A stretch of DNA of 64,000 nt from Fimbriosthenelais zetlandica (Eukaryota). The DNA lies in NCBI GenBank assembly GCA_977030845.1, contig OZ365114.1:16306001-16370000 (forward strand), in the 5' to 3' direction. The notes under the pieces are model-generated. The model did no database searches and was not told the DNA's origin. It was given only the letters and a program-made list of their open reading frames with translations. The translations under genes and the position numbers were made by a program. Of the stretch, positions 23,757 to 36,531 are shown one piece after another. How positions within the stretch are numbered: position 1 is the stretch's first letter; every line of letters begins with the position of its first letter.

Positions 23757-26602
23757 ATGACCTTTCAGACAGACCAGGGCTACAGCTGGGTTGTACTAGC
23801 TGCTGCTTTTATGCTTAATGTCCTGTACAATTCAGGAGGACCCGTCTCAGTTGGTATCTTCCTTGTCGAGTTTACCCAGCATTTTCAAGTCTCCAAGTCA
23901 GCTATAACCATCCTGGCAGGCTTCCATGCCAGTGTCGGCTTTATAATGGGTAATTATACAGTACCGGTCAATTGAAAAGAATTCCATATAATATTATACA
24001 TTTGAATGTGGGGAAAATCTTCAGCTACATTGGATTCAGCATTATTAATTTTTAGTGATTTACGTCAATTAATTCTATTCTAAATCAATTCATTCAATCA
24101 ATTTTTCAACATGCTCAAACTCACAATCATGGAATGGGGTATGTAAGGAAATCAATTTTATGAAAAAAACTTAGAGATTATGGCTTTTTAAAAGGATTTC
24201 CGATAGGCTGGTTGTGTCACGTCTTTGGGTTTCGCCCAGTCGCTATTGCGGCGGCCATCTTGACACCTATCAGTTTCCTGGCAAGTGCATTCGCGCCCAA
24301 CATCACAACACTATATGTCACATTGGGTTTTGTGGCTAGTGAGTATAATTATATATAGGGCTTTGATATTATATTTAACGACTCGGCTCATACAACACCA
24401 ATCCCCATCATGTATAGCTTTTGTGAGCCCTCACTGGACTTCACGGAAAATGTTGCGAGCACTCTAGCAAGTGTTTTGCATAGTTCTCACAGGGTTACTC
24501 TCACTGAGCTTTTCTCTTGCTGCCATTAATCTCTCTGCTGGCCCATTGAGGCCTCACCGAAACCTTTGCAGGTTTTTTCTGGATTTTATTAAAGCAAAAC
24601 TGGTCCAATGAGGGCCCACATGAGTTATTTAAATGCATGAGGAGTGTTGGTCTGCAAGAACTTCCTTAGCAAATTTAAACAAACATCCTTTCTCCTAATA
24701 ATTCAATTTTTCAGGTGTGGGGCAATCCACCCTGTACAATATAGGACATATGGCTGTCCAACGTTATTTCGACAAGAAACGAGGCTTTGCTTCTGGTCTG
24801 ATCAACTGCGGCATCAGCATTGGGGTCTTCATATGGCCCCCATTAGTTCGTAGGACAATCGACTACTATGGTTGGAGGGGAGCCTTCATTATCATTGCTG
24901 GTGTCTATCTACACTCATTGGTCTTTGCCCTCTTATTTAGACCCATACCTAAAGGTGTCCAACAGCCAGATGTTTCACAAGAGACAGAATTGTCCGTGCA
25001 TACCAATGATGAGGACAGGGCCGAGGAAGCAAGGACCAAATGTCTTACGGGAAAGTCCAAGGTAGAGCAAAAAGAAGGACAGAGATGTGGAGGAGCTTTG
25101 TCCAAGATCAGTTCTTATTTAAGGCTCTTGGTTGATTATCCACTATTGATTTTTCATCTGGCAGGAATATTTGCCATCCAGGGTGGTCACTTCCTGCCCT
25201 ACAGTATGATACCTCTCCGAGCCAAAGTAAGCAGATTTTTGCATAAATAGCATCTTTCTGGTCAGATCAAGAAGAGGAACAACAACTCCAATGCTTTCCA
25301 ACCTAGATATACCATGCAATAAATATCCCGGTCCTCAGTCCTTTCAAAGGCCTATATACAAAGTACTGATATGGGGCGTGAGTATTGCTTAGCATTGAGC
25401 ATTGAGCATAGAATAAAGTCGGTCGTGCAACTTGCATGGGTGTTACATAATTGTACATCAATATGAGACGCCAGTGAATGAACATGAATAGGGAATACAG
25501 AATGCGAAAAGTCATGCTGTCATATATCGAATACGGCCCTCATTTTGAGAAACCTTATAATCAACCATGATGATTTGACTGTTTCCGTTTTCCAGGCCCT
25601 GAACATTGACAAGACAAGAGCAGCCACCTTGATGTCTATTATTGGTATAGTTTCTCTTTGTGCTCGTGTGGGACTCGGCTATGTTGGGGATCTGAAGTAT
25701 GTGAATCGAGGACTTTTCCTTGGGCTGTCAGGGATGTTGGCAGGTGCCATCACTGCCCTATCCTCTCTCTTCACCACTTACATTCTAATGGCTATCTACT
25801 CAGCACTCTGGGCCATCATGTCAGGTATGCTTGAACATTTTGGCCATTACCACTCAATTATAGTATTATTACTCCCTATACTGCAAACTCCCATTAGTCA
25901 ATAGCGGTGTTGCACCTCATTTAAAGACGTGCATCTAAGCTTTGTTTGTGTGTGCATAACAGCAAAGCTTGTACTCAGCAACCAGCAGTAGTTTCTTTTC
26001 AATGTCTACCCTCAGTCTCTATCCAAGTGTCACCATTAATTATTTTTAATACTTTTTATTTTTTCACGTCTCTCCTTCCATCTATATAGCTCCCTATGTT
26101 TCCCTTTTGGTGGCATCAATTGTGGATATTGTGGGTGTAGAGTATACGGAGGCTGGGATAGGATACTTATCCCTAACAATGGGTACAGCAGGTATCATTG
26201 CCCTGTCTCTCTCAGGTGAGTGTGCAGGATTTCCCCCTCACAAATAGGGAGCCCAGCTAGCAATTTCATTACATTTCAAATTTCCTGAACATGTATATTT
26301 AAACTAACAAGTTGAAACCTCCTGTAATACCCACATAGTCTACAGATTCTATTACCATCTTATACATATGTACATAATGAACACAAGATTGAGTTCCACT
26401 TTACTACAGCCTAGCAGGACTGTATTAATAGTTCATATTCCATGTTGCAGGTTTGATTCTGGACCGTTTAACGGACCCCAAATATGCCTTTATATTCTTC
26501 GGGAGTGTAGAAGTCATAGGAGGTTTAATTGTTGTATCTGCAGCGTCTATCAATATTTGGTGGAAAAGACAGACAGAATCACCAAATAAAATTAATGATT
26601 AA
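23757..26602 (+). CDS. SLC16/MCT-family transporter, tandem paralogue 2 (MCT-c), 6 coding exons
   Basis: Exons 23757-23949, 24195-24338 (AAG acceptor), 24715-25226, 25596-25824, 26090-26215 and 26451-26602. Same intron positions and phases as MCT-b; ORF intact. Confidence 0.92.
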
Positions 26603-27506
26603 TTATCAAGTTATATTATACAGTATTGCTTTTTTTGATTATTCATAATATACCAATGTTTGCAAGACATACAAAAATATAGCCTAGCTAACTAATTCGG
26701 ATCATTTTAATCATGTCAAACGTTGTTTTGTTGTTAATGCATAATATTTAGGTGTATGTTCTACAGACTCATATATATACGTGTAGAAAATTATGTAAGT
26801 AACTCACCAACAGAAACTCTCCTCCCACCCGGTCTACCCCTACATCCATACCCAAATAATTTAATGAATGGTATACATTGATCTATTTAAACATGACTGC
26901 CCCTTTGACCCTGTGGTCGATATTGAGACCAGGCTTCATATCAACCCAATTAAGTCAACCCAGAAAATTATTCCTGTTTCCACATTTGCATTATCTGAAC
27001 TTAGTACATCTTGGGCCGAAGACAGGCATAGAGAAATGACTGCTTGATTGGAAGTGACTTATAGTAAGGATCACCATTTCTGTCCATAAACGGCCTATAG
27101 ATCAAATGTTGCATAATAAGGGTATGCAACTAGGGAGTATAATTATATATATCGTATACCTTAATATATTATGGTAAGTATAGATATGGAAGATTATTTA
27201 TAAATAGCCAAACTAATCTGGCAACGATTAGATATCGGTCGATTGAAATGAATTCTGATATAGCCTAGTTCTATGACATTTTCTATGTACATTTACGGAA
27301 ATATGGATAGAATAATCTTGCCAGAAAAGAGATTTCCAACACTAAAGACAACGGGGATTGATGCATGTTGGGATTTGTAATCAATATAGTGATATTGTAC
27401 TATTGAATTTGTATATTGTAAAACAAATAATACTGAATATAATTATATATAGGCCTGATATTGTAACATTCTTGTTACAGAATGATCGTGTGAATCAAGA
27501 GCAAAG

Positions 27507-30054
27507 ATGACTTTTCAGACAGACCAGGGCTATAGTTGGGTTGTACTGGTTGCTGTTTTAATGATCAATGTCATGTATGGAACAGGTCCAGCCTCAGTTG
27601 GTATCTTCCTTGTCGAGTTTTTCCAGCATTTTCAAGTTTCCAGTACAGCTCTAACCCTCCTGCCAGGCCTCTATGGCAGTATTGGCTTCATAATTGGTAA
27701 ATTCACTTATATCTGAATAGCTGGGAAATATTGATTCAGTGTTCAGGCCCATTTTCTGGAAAAACATTCCTAGAATGAATGCGACCAACACACAGCCAAA
27801 TACCTTGTAAATATTCAAAAAGGGTTCAAACGATAATCAAGTTGGGGGCGGGAGGATATTTGGAACCCCAGCCCAGGAAGTTGTTCCTTTTGACTGACCA
27901 TAATGGGTAAAGATTTGAGGAATAATCGACTTGATAATGAGGACAGACTTTTTAACTTCAAACATTCAAAATGTATGCAAAAATTCTATTTCAATTTTAA
28001 TTAAATCAACAATCCTTCAATCGTGATTAGAGACAATGTTTTTTCAGGATTTCCAATTAGCTGGCTGTGTAACGTTGTTGGGTTTCGCCCGGTCGCTATT
28101 GCGGCGGCCATCTTGACACCCATCAGTTTCCTGGCAAGTGCATTCGCGCCCAACATCACAACACTATATGTCACCTATGGTTTTATGAGTAGTAAGTATA
28201 GGATATTACATTGAATTTTTAATAGAAAGGTCGATGGATTAAATAGTGATATAAAGCCTTAAGCAACTTCTTATGCAGTTCTTATATGTGATATATGTAT
28301 AGCACCAGACTTCAGCTAGAGCTTTTTTTAAACTTAATGCTGAAGCGTCAATGTGCTTCCTTAATTTAGTTAGACCTGTTCAATAGACCATTTCAAATTC
28401 AATCAATATTATTTCAGGTGTGGGCCAAGCCACCCTGCACAATACAGGAAGTATGGCTGTCCAGCATTACTTCGACAAGAAACGGGGCTTTGCTTCTGGT
28501 GTTATCATCTGTGGACTCAGTGTTGGGGTCTTCATATGGCCGCCATTCATTCGCTGGATTATAGACCTGTATGGTTGGAGGGGCGCTTTCATCATTACTG
28601 CTGGTGGCCATCTCCACTCTCTCGCCTTCGTCCTTTTATTGAGACCCATACCACCTGACCAAAAAGTTGTCAATGTCCAACTTCAAGATGTGCCTCAAGA
28701 GACGGAAATGCCCGTTTACACTAATCACAAGGACCAAATGGAGGAAGGAGGGACAGAATGTCTTAAGAAAAAGTCCAAGCTGGGGCAAAAAGACAATGGA
28801 AGAGAGAGGCGTGGGGGAGCTTTCTCCATGATGAGGTCTTATTTTAGGCTCTTGGTTGATTATCCACTATTGGTTCCTCATCTAATCGGGGCCTGGGCCA
28901 TCCAGGCTGGACATTGTGTACCCTTCAATATGATTCCTCTCCGAGCCAAAGTAAGCAGTTGGCTTTTAAACATTTTAATCTTTCTGAATAAAGATGCCTC
29001 TTAAGGCATTTTGAGCCAGAGGTGGCACCTATGTATGTGTGGCATGAACAGTATGAATTATGATGATTTGATTGTTTCTTTTCTACAGAGTTTGAACATT
29101 GACAAGACAAGAGCAGCCACCTTAATGTCTATTTTTGGCATAGTTTCTCTCTGTGCCCGTGTATTGCTTGGCTATGTGGGGGATATGAAGTATGTGCATC
29201 GAGGACTTTTCGTTGGTCTGTCAGGGTTGCTGGCAGGTACTATCACTGCCCTATCCACTCTCTTTACCAACTACACTCTGATGGTCATCTACATAGTCCT
29301 TCTGGCCATTATGTCAGGTATGCTTGAACCTTTCTTACCGATGCCATATATAGGGTCCTTACTTCTCATACTAAACCGAATATATTATACCAAAAACTAC
29401 ATGTCAAAATGTGTACTCACCAACCCGCCCTGTCTCCTCAATGCGTACCCTTCACTCAGTGTTCAAGTGCATGTTCTCATGTTGATCACTTTGTATTTCT
29501 CCTTCCATCAATATATAGCTCCGTATGTTGTCCTCCTCGTGTCATCAGCGGTGGATATAGTGGGTGTGGATAATGCAGAAGTTGCTGTAGGATACATATC
29601 TCTGTCAATAGGTATAGCAGGTATCACTGCCCTTCCTCTCTCAGGTGAGTGTGCAGGATCACTGGTCCATATAATATAGGCTATTATAGTCATCCCCTTA
29701 AATGTCCACGGTCAATGTGTGGGCCTAATTTAAATAATTATGTGACTTTCATATGCCACGAAATGAACCCAGTGAACAGTATTCAGTATCATGTTCATTG
29801 CCCCTAACTGGTCCCCTATATAGGGTACAGATTCTATATTAAAATCCTACGTCATCTTATGTTGATTTCTATTACACAGGATGGAAAATAAATAGATTTG
29901 TTTCGCAGGTTTGATTCTGGATCGTTTGACGGACCCAAAATATACCTTTCTATTCTTTGGAAGTGGAGAAATCTTGGGAGGATTGATTGTTGTATTTGCA
30001 GCGTCTATCAACATTCGGTGGACAAGACAAAAAAAACAACAAATAAACGATTAA
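27507..30054 (+). CDS. SLC16/MCT-family transporter, tandem paralogue 3 (MCT-d), 6 coding exons
   Basis: Exons 27507-27696, 28048-28191, 28418-28950, 29089-29317, 29519-29644 and 29909-30054. Same structure as MCT-b and MCT-c; ORF intact. Confidence 0.92.
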
Positions 30055-32342
30055 ATATCTAGTAACATAGTAGTATTGTAATATGTTGCCTTCATTATTC
30101 ATATAATTATATGTTAGCAAGATATTCAAAAGCACAGCCTTACAAATGCAGGTCATTTTAGTTTTATCAACATACACTCCTCCCCTATATATATATTTTT
30201 CTCCTTGCACAATTGCATTGAAGAATTTAAGCATCTAGCCCTGACCATTACGTCTTATCAGTTTTTTTTTCATGAATATTTGCAATGGGAATACATTGAA
30301 TTTTTGTTTATTGCGTATTTGTGTGTTGTGTATTTTTTGTTGGTTTGGGGTGGAATATACGTACCCAGTGTCTCTCATTGATGGACACTATGTTGGGGTC
30401 ATGAAGTAGATGGAGTATCTGTCCTGGCGAGGTTTTTCATACAGGTTAGCCATAAAGAGGACAAGGCATGGCTTCAAGTAAGTCCGTGTAGATGTCACCA
30501 CTAGAAAGAGGGTCCCATTCTGGTTGCAGATCGAAGCCTTTTGCTTAGTCTGGGTGAAGCTGGACAGGCGGCTCTGGTGTGATCTTTGCAATAAGGAGCT
30601 GATAGTGAGACCTCTCATCATCCACTACAGATCAATGTACACATATCAGACCACTGCAGCTTACCCCAGATCCCCAGCCATCCACGACCTATACATCCAG
30701 TACAGGGGTACTGGGTGCAAAAATTACTGTTTTAACACTGTTTAACACTAAAAACAAACAAAAATCCATTAATAGGCTATTCAGTGGATATCACCTGATA
30801 AGAGTGAGTGAAAACTGACCACTCCCTTGCTAAAGAGTTAAATGAATAACATTTCCAAAATATTAAACAGCCTATATATGCCTAAATTTCATTTGAGGTA
30901 AGATTGGACGAAAGTTGGGAACAATACAAATGGCCTTTGTCATGAAATACAGATGCCCGGACGATACTGTATTTTCTTCATCTCGAAAAAAATCCCGAGC
31001 CAAACTTTTCAGTTTAATTACCGAAATGGGAAAAAAGGTGATGACATCGCCGCCAAACGGGTCTCCATGGAATAGGATTCCGAAAGTTAAAGGGCTAAAT
31101 GGAATTGGCAATGATTTGTTTGTTTCTTTCTTTTATATTTAAATGCAAGTTGTGGTCCACATTATAGATACAATGTCATATCCATTCTTACAATCCAAAA
31201 AGACCAATCTGAACAATCAATAACGATTAACGACTTGTCAGATTCCCTCCCATGTGAGATGAACATTTTGCATTAAATGGAACTATGAATCACGACTTGT
31301 CACCAAGCAAATTGTCACCAAGCAGTTGGGAATACTTACAGGTTATAGCATAATAATAATCTAGACATGATTCTACTGAAACATAGTTGACACCATTTGA
31401 AATCTCAACAAGTGCTATGTTTACAAGCTTTTTAGGCAACCATTAGGGTGGATCTCATATTAAGTCACATTCACCACAAACAAAAACCAGCTTCATGTAT
31501 CATGTCTTTTAAATGAGCTTGGCAAAGTGATGTCTGAGAGAGTTAAAAAGATTACTGATGAGCTTTTCCTCTCCCATAAAACACTATGGCAGCACGGCTT
31601 GAGGTACCGATCAGTCAGTCTGGCACAGGGATTGAGAGAAGTATGAAGAGAAGAGGGAGAGAGGAAAGAGCATAATGTAGGCTCTATATAAGATGGAGGC
31701 ACTCATCTAGTATGGTCGGGCCGTTGCACAAGTAAGCTAAACCTCACCAATCTCATATGCATGAAGCCCTTGCATTTCAGATTCCCTTTTCTTATGGAAC
31801 CATGAAAAAGAAAATCTACCAGACCCATACCATAAGTAAAAAAAAATATCCAGGATGCTCCCAGCCTTCACTTGGCTGATCATACTGCCCACCACATTAA
31901 TTTTGTGGAGGAGAGTTAGAAAGATAACAGAGTCGTCTACATACAGTGGGAAGAATGTTGATGAGGATGGACAGGAAAAGGGGCAGGGTTTTGCGGCATG
32001 TCCTGGTCTATAAACTGATGTTACCTGCCCTGCTTTCCTCCCGCTGCTTCATCCAGACACAACTTTGTCCAAAAGGTCATCGCTTCAGCTATTGTTCTTG
32101 GTAGGGGAATGGCCTCTTTTTGTCCCTGTCCACCAAAAGTGCCCCAACAATGGCATGGCTACTGCACAGTGACATGTTTTGAAGTCGATGGTTGTTTTCA
32201 TCTCAAGGGACCAGACTTCCACATCAAGATGGATGGAGCTAAAGTTGCTGGTATTCAATACAACAGTAAACGTATTAAATGAACGACCTTTTACTTTTAT
32301 GTTGGACACAACCTTCTTTTTGTAATAGTACACTGATGCATT

Positions 32343-32443
32343 CACTTCCGGTATCAGGCCCCCCACCCAGAAAAAAACTCCTGCAAGGACGGAAACTTTC
32401 GTACCTTATACCTCATTTGCATAGATAATTTCCTTTCCGGTTT
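32343..32443. promoter_or_regulatory. Orphan promoter-like motif cluster (two ETS sites and an octamer)
   Basis: CACTTCCGG at 32343, ATTTGCAT at 32415 and TTTCCGG near 32434, with no recognisable coding gene adjacent. Confidence 0.3.
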
Positions 32444-32570
32444 CGCATGTTGTGAAATCAGTCAAGGAAGAGTTTGTAATAATTAATGATTTTCAGTTAT
32501 TTTAGTAGGACAGGCTTCAGGACAACAGTAGCAATTTTAAAGTTGCTTTTGACATTAAGGTATCAGATGC

Positions 32571-32668
32571 GTCTACTATAGAGAATGTATTGGGGTATTA
32601 GAGGCGTCTACTATAGAGAATGTATTGGGATATCAGACTCGTCTACTATAATTATAGAGAATGAGAAT
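32571..32668. repeat. 35-bp minisatellite, about 2.7 copies
   Basis: gtctactatagagaatgtattggg... starts at 32571 and 32606, with a partial copy at 32641. Confidence 0.85.
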
Positions 32669-35600
32669 GCACGAGGCGACTTTTCTCTCCAGAGTAAAAG
32701 AGTATAGTTCATGGTTTCTAGAGGGAGAAACATGTTAAAGGTCAATTAAGGTATGGTACTTGCTATATTCAGGGGTTGTCATATGGGGGTCTATAGGGGA
32801 TGATGGCTGGCCTGAGGAGAACTAAGAGCCCCCATGAATGCAAATGCTTCATCACCCCGAAACATCCTCATCTTCCCACACGTTGAACCAGGGTGGTAAC
32901 TGCTGCTTTCCGAATTAACGATCTGTGATCAATTTGAGTTAATCCGGGGATTTCCATTGCACGTCATCACGACCCTGTCAATGTTTTAGACAGGTTCATC
33001 TTTCTCCTCATTGCAACTGTGCTCGAAGGAAACTGATATTTAAATGGATTAGGCTTTGATACAAATCTATGCACTATAGCTGCACTCTATTCTTTGAATT
33101 AGTTTCGAGGATGAAGTAAAGGCAAAGACAAAATGTGTTTTGTACATTTGATACTTTTATATCAGAAACGATTTCTTACAAATTCACATCACTAATTATT
33201 GTATACATGTATGGCTGATTTGATATGCGAGATAAATACTTGTTGATACTGTACATCATTCATATTAATGCCTCCATTCTTTATACAAAACTAGAGCATC
33301 AAAAAGCTTACAGCAATAAAAGGAATGATTGCCTCTTGATAATATCCTCATGGAACCCCTAAAGAAACTAGACTAGACTATACTACAGAACACTTGGAGC
33401 ATTTACAGTCTGAAAAACACTCATTTTATTCTTAAAATGCACCTAGTGCAGGTTTTTAACAGCCATAGCTCAGAATACAAATTTCCTCAAATGTATACAT
33501 ACATAGAGTGAGCTTTGGGGATGGTTTATATATATTTATCAGTGTTCCGATTCCTTGGTAATTATGCATCGATTAAAGCGTTTGTTGAAGCTTTATAAAG
33601 CCTTGGGGAAAGTATCTAGTTACATACTCATTTTTAATAAAATATGGAAGTTTAATTTATGCATTTCCCAACCAGGATGATTTGACAAACATTTTAAGAA
33701 TAACTGCTTTCTTTCATGACACTTCAATCATCTCAAAACTCCTTTTGGGAGATGTCTTAACCCTATTGAATAGAAATAATATAACGGCTTAGAAAAAGTA
33801 GTATCAAGGAGTTCAGTACATATACACGTATATAATATGTCTGATGTATTATAAAATGTTATCAATCATATATGGCATTAGCACCACTAATTGGGTCAAC
33901 GGACACCTATCCCTTTCTCATACATTCAAAATAGAGCGTTCAATTTCAGCACTTGAATATAAATTGAATGGAAACTAATCATGATCCCTCTAAACTATGT
34001 ATCAAACCTATGATAAGATACATAATTATTAACATGTGCGAAGAGGCAACTACCAATAATTTGACAGAGCTGTTGTCACTACTGGCAGCATGTCAACTAT
34101 GTATACTGGTACTGCTTATGTATGTTGACTCTCCAGAACGTTTTCAAATGTTTTGAAAGAAAGAAGTCCCATCACACTGTAGTCACCCATATTGGAATCG
34201 CCATGCACTTTCCTGTACATAACCAATATACGAATTATATTATTAGTATAGAGATCTTCATGCATTCACACACGCAATTAAATATAATGTGTGTAATCCA
34301 GATATTAGCATTTTAACACTTGTGGTTTACAGTTCCGATCTGTTCGCTTCAGAGCTGTGATCCTGGTTCCCTCCCCAAAGAGACAGAGGTCTTGCTTTGA
34401 AATAGAGAACTAGAACCCATGTCCTTTGTGGACGAAAGCTGGTGCTTTAAGTAACTGAGCTAACTAGATATACTCTAGATGCCCTTTTTTAGGTGAGATA
34501 GGGATATGAATGGACAATACATGTATACCCCATGTGTGTCATTTGCAGCCGAGATTTACCAAGTGGAAGATGAGATTCCTCCGCGAACAGAAATAAACTA
34601 GATGCGCACCAATCACCAGTGTATACAAAGAGCAGGTTCAGAAGAGGGAAACGAGAATGAGGGCCTCTAGACCGGGAACATAAAATGAGGAGGCATTGCT
34701 ACTGATTGGCAGCAGCTCATAATAGGCGAGATGAAGATGATTTTCTTGTCAACATTGCCGACGGGGACTGCAATTAACCTACTTAATGAGTGAATAGGAT
34801 GGGGAACTGAATGTGCACGGGAAAGATCGATGGTGTATGCACTTAATCATGTCTAATTTCATATAACTTGCTTCTAGATCTGACAGGTCTGATAGAACTA
34901 TCTAAAAAATATATAACTTTGCTACAGATTTCAAAGAAGCAAAATCTAATAATTTTATGTAATTTAGATATTTTTGTTTATAATTTATGAACATTATTTA
35001 AGGAAAATAACTCTTAGATCCTTGCATGAAACAGATGAATGCAGAACATTTTCAAATATACAAATATCCACAGAATAATTAATGTAAAATTGACAGATCT
35101 ACATTTATCGAGTACAATATGTTTATAATACTGTATACCGAATATAATTTATCATATGATATTTTACTATTCTTGAACAACAAAGACTGCCCATCCAACA
35201 GACCAAAGACGAAAAAGCAAGATGTAATCAATTTACCATTAGTAAAACGGGGGGAAGAAGCAAGAGAAGACACAAAGAAAGCTTCTAATAACACACAAAA
35301 GAAAAGCTAGAGAAGATGAACTTTCACATCTATTACACTGCTCAAAATGTGCACAATAATCACGATGAAAAAGCTTTTCTGCGCCAATAAGCCAAGGAAA
35401 AAATCTGACAAGCAGACAGTTGAAATACAAAGCTTTCATCGCTATACATTAAGTCCTTGTTAAAACACAAGAACAAGTGTCCATTTGCAGCTCTATTTAT
35501 AACATCAAGGGTGCTGTTGAAGATAAAAGACACAAGTCTTTTGTTGAGTAATAAGTGCTTTTCTCTCTGCCGTTTCATAATACCACCGTGATGAATAATA

Positions 35601-36531
35601 ACCTTCATAGAGTATCCATTCTGCTCTGTTAAATGTCATTCACAAATTAGTTTCAACTTGGAGGTACATGTATTGTGCTTCTTTCTATATTCAAAGTGAG
35701 AATCATTTGTGTCCACGAAGTACCTAGGTCTGAACTGCATTACCAACCCATCCACATTTCTACCATTCAGATAAGGGAGAATAAATGGAATTGTTTTACT
35801 GAAAGCAATAGATAAACGATGGACCCAGAGAAATGGTCTGTTTTACCTGAGTTCCTCGCAGAACCAAGATTGGAATAACCCTTACAAACCAAGGAAAAAA
35901 TCCAGATGAAGACCTCCTCAATCTGAAAGAAGGATGCCCAAAAAGAACACCATAGTCAGTACAAAGAACTTCTTATCCCACTGCAAAATGCCTTCGAAAA
36001 GAACATGATTCCATTTTCAGCAAGTACTGCTTAAAATTCAAGGGCTTGGCCCCAATGTAATCTTGGCAACAAGGACCTTTTGGTTGAGAGGAGAGGACTC
36101 CCTATTTAGAAGAGAGCTTCTCTCATTTGGGAGACAGATACAACGACAAGAGGAGAGGGTGTCCCATTAATGAATATTTGATGTAAAATTTGGCCAGCAA
36201 GCAGCAGGCACAAACACTGTTAACTCACTGACTGATTGTGATTTGTTGAATGGTAAAAATCAAGCAGACAATTTTCCAAAGGAAAATAAATAATTATCGA
36301 ATCCAAAGGAAAATTTCAGCCAGTTCAAAAATAGATGCCAGCAGATGCTGCAAAGAAGAAAAAAGAAACATTTCTTAAATAAATATCAACCAGTGTATAT
36401 GAAACAGTGAAGACACAAACATGTACAATATGACCTTCCCCACAAAAACAAACTATGTATACCTATGCCCCGCTTACACCCAACACCCACCCTCATGCAC
36501 ACAATAATTTTTAAAGTCACTAGCCATTCAT

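Noticed and set aside
21375-29693. Antisense ORFs over the MCT exons (21375-21745, 24905-25105, 28414-28673, 29508-29693)
   Set aside because: Shadow frames of real exons; their mutual similarity just reflects the gene duplication.
31388-31404. 14-nt match to mature miR-29 (caccatttgaaatc)
   Set aside because: The seed differs (GACACCA versus AGCACCA), and in the local hairpin the match falls in the loop rather than on an arm.
32571-32668. CRISPR-like repeat array
   Set aside because: Head-to-tail minisatellite with no unique spacers, no cas genes and a eukaryotic context.
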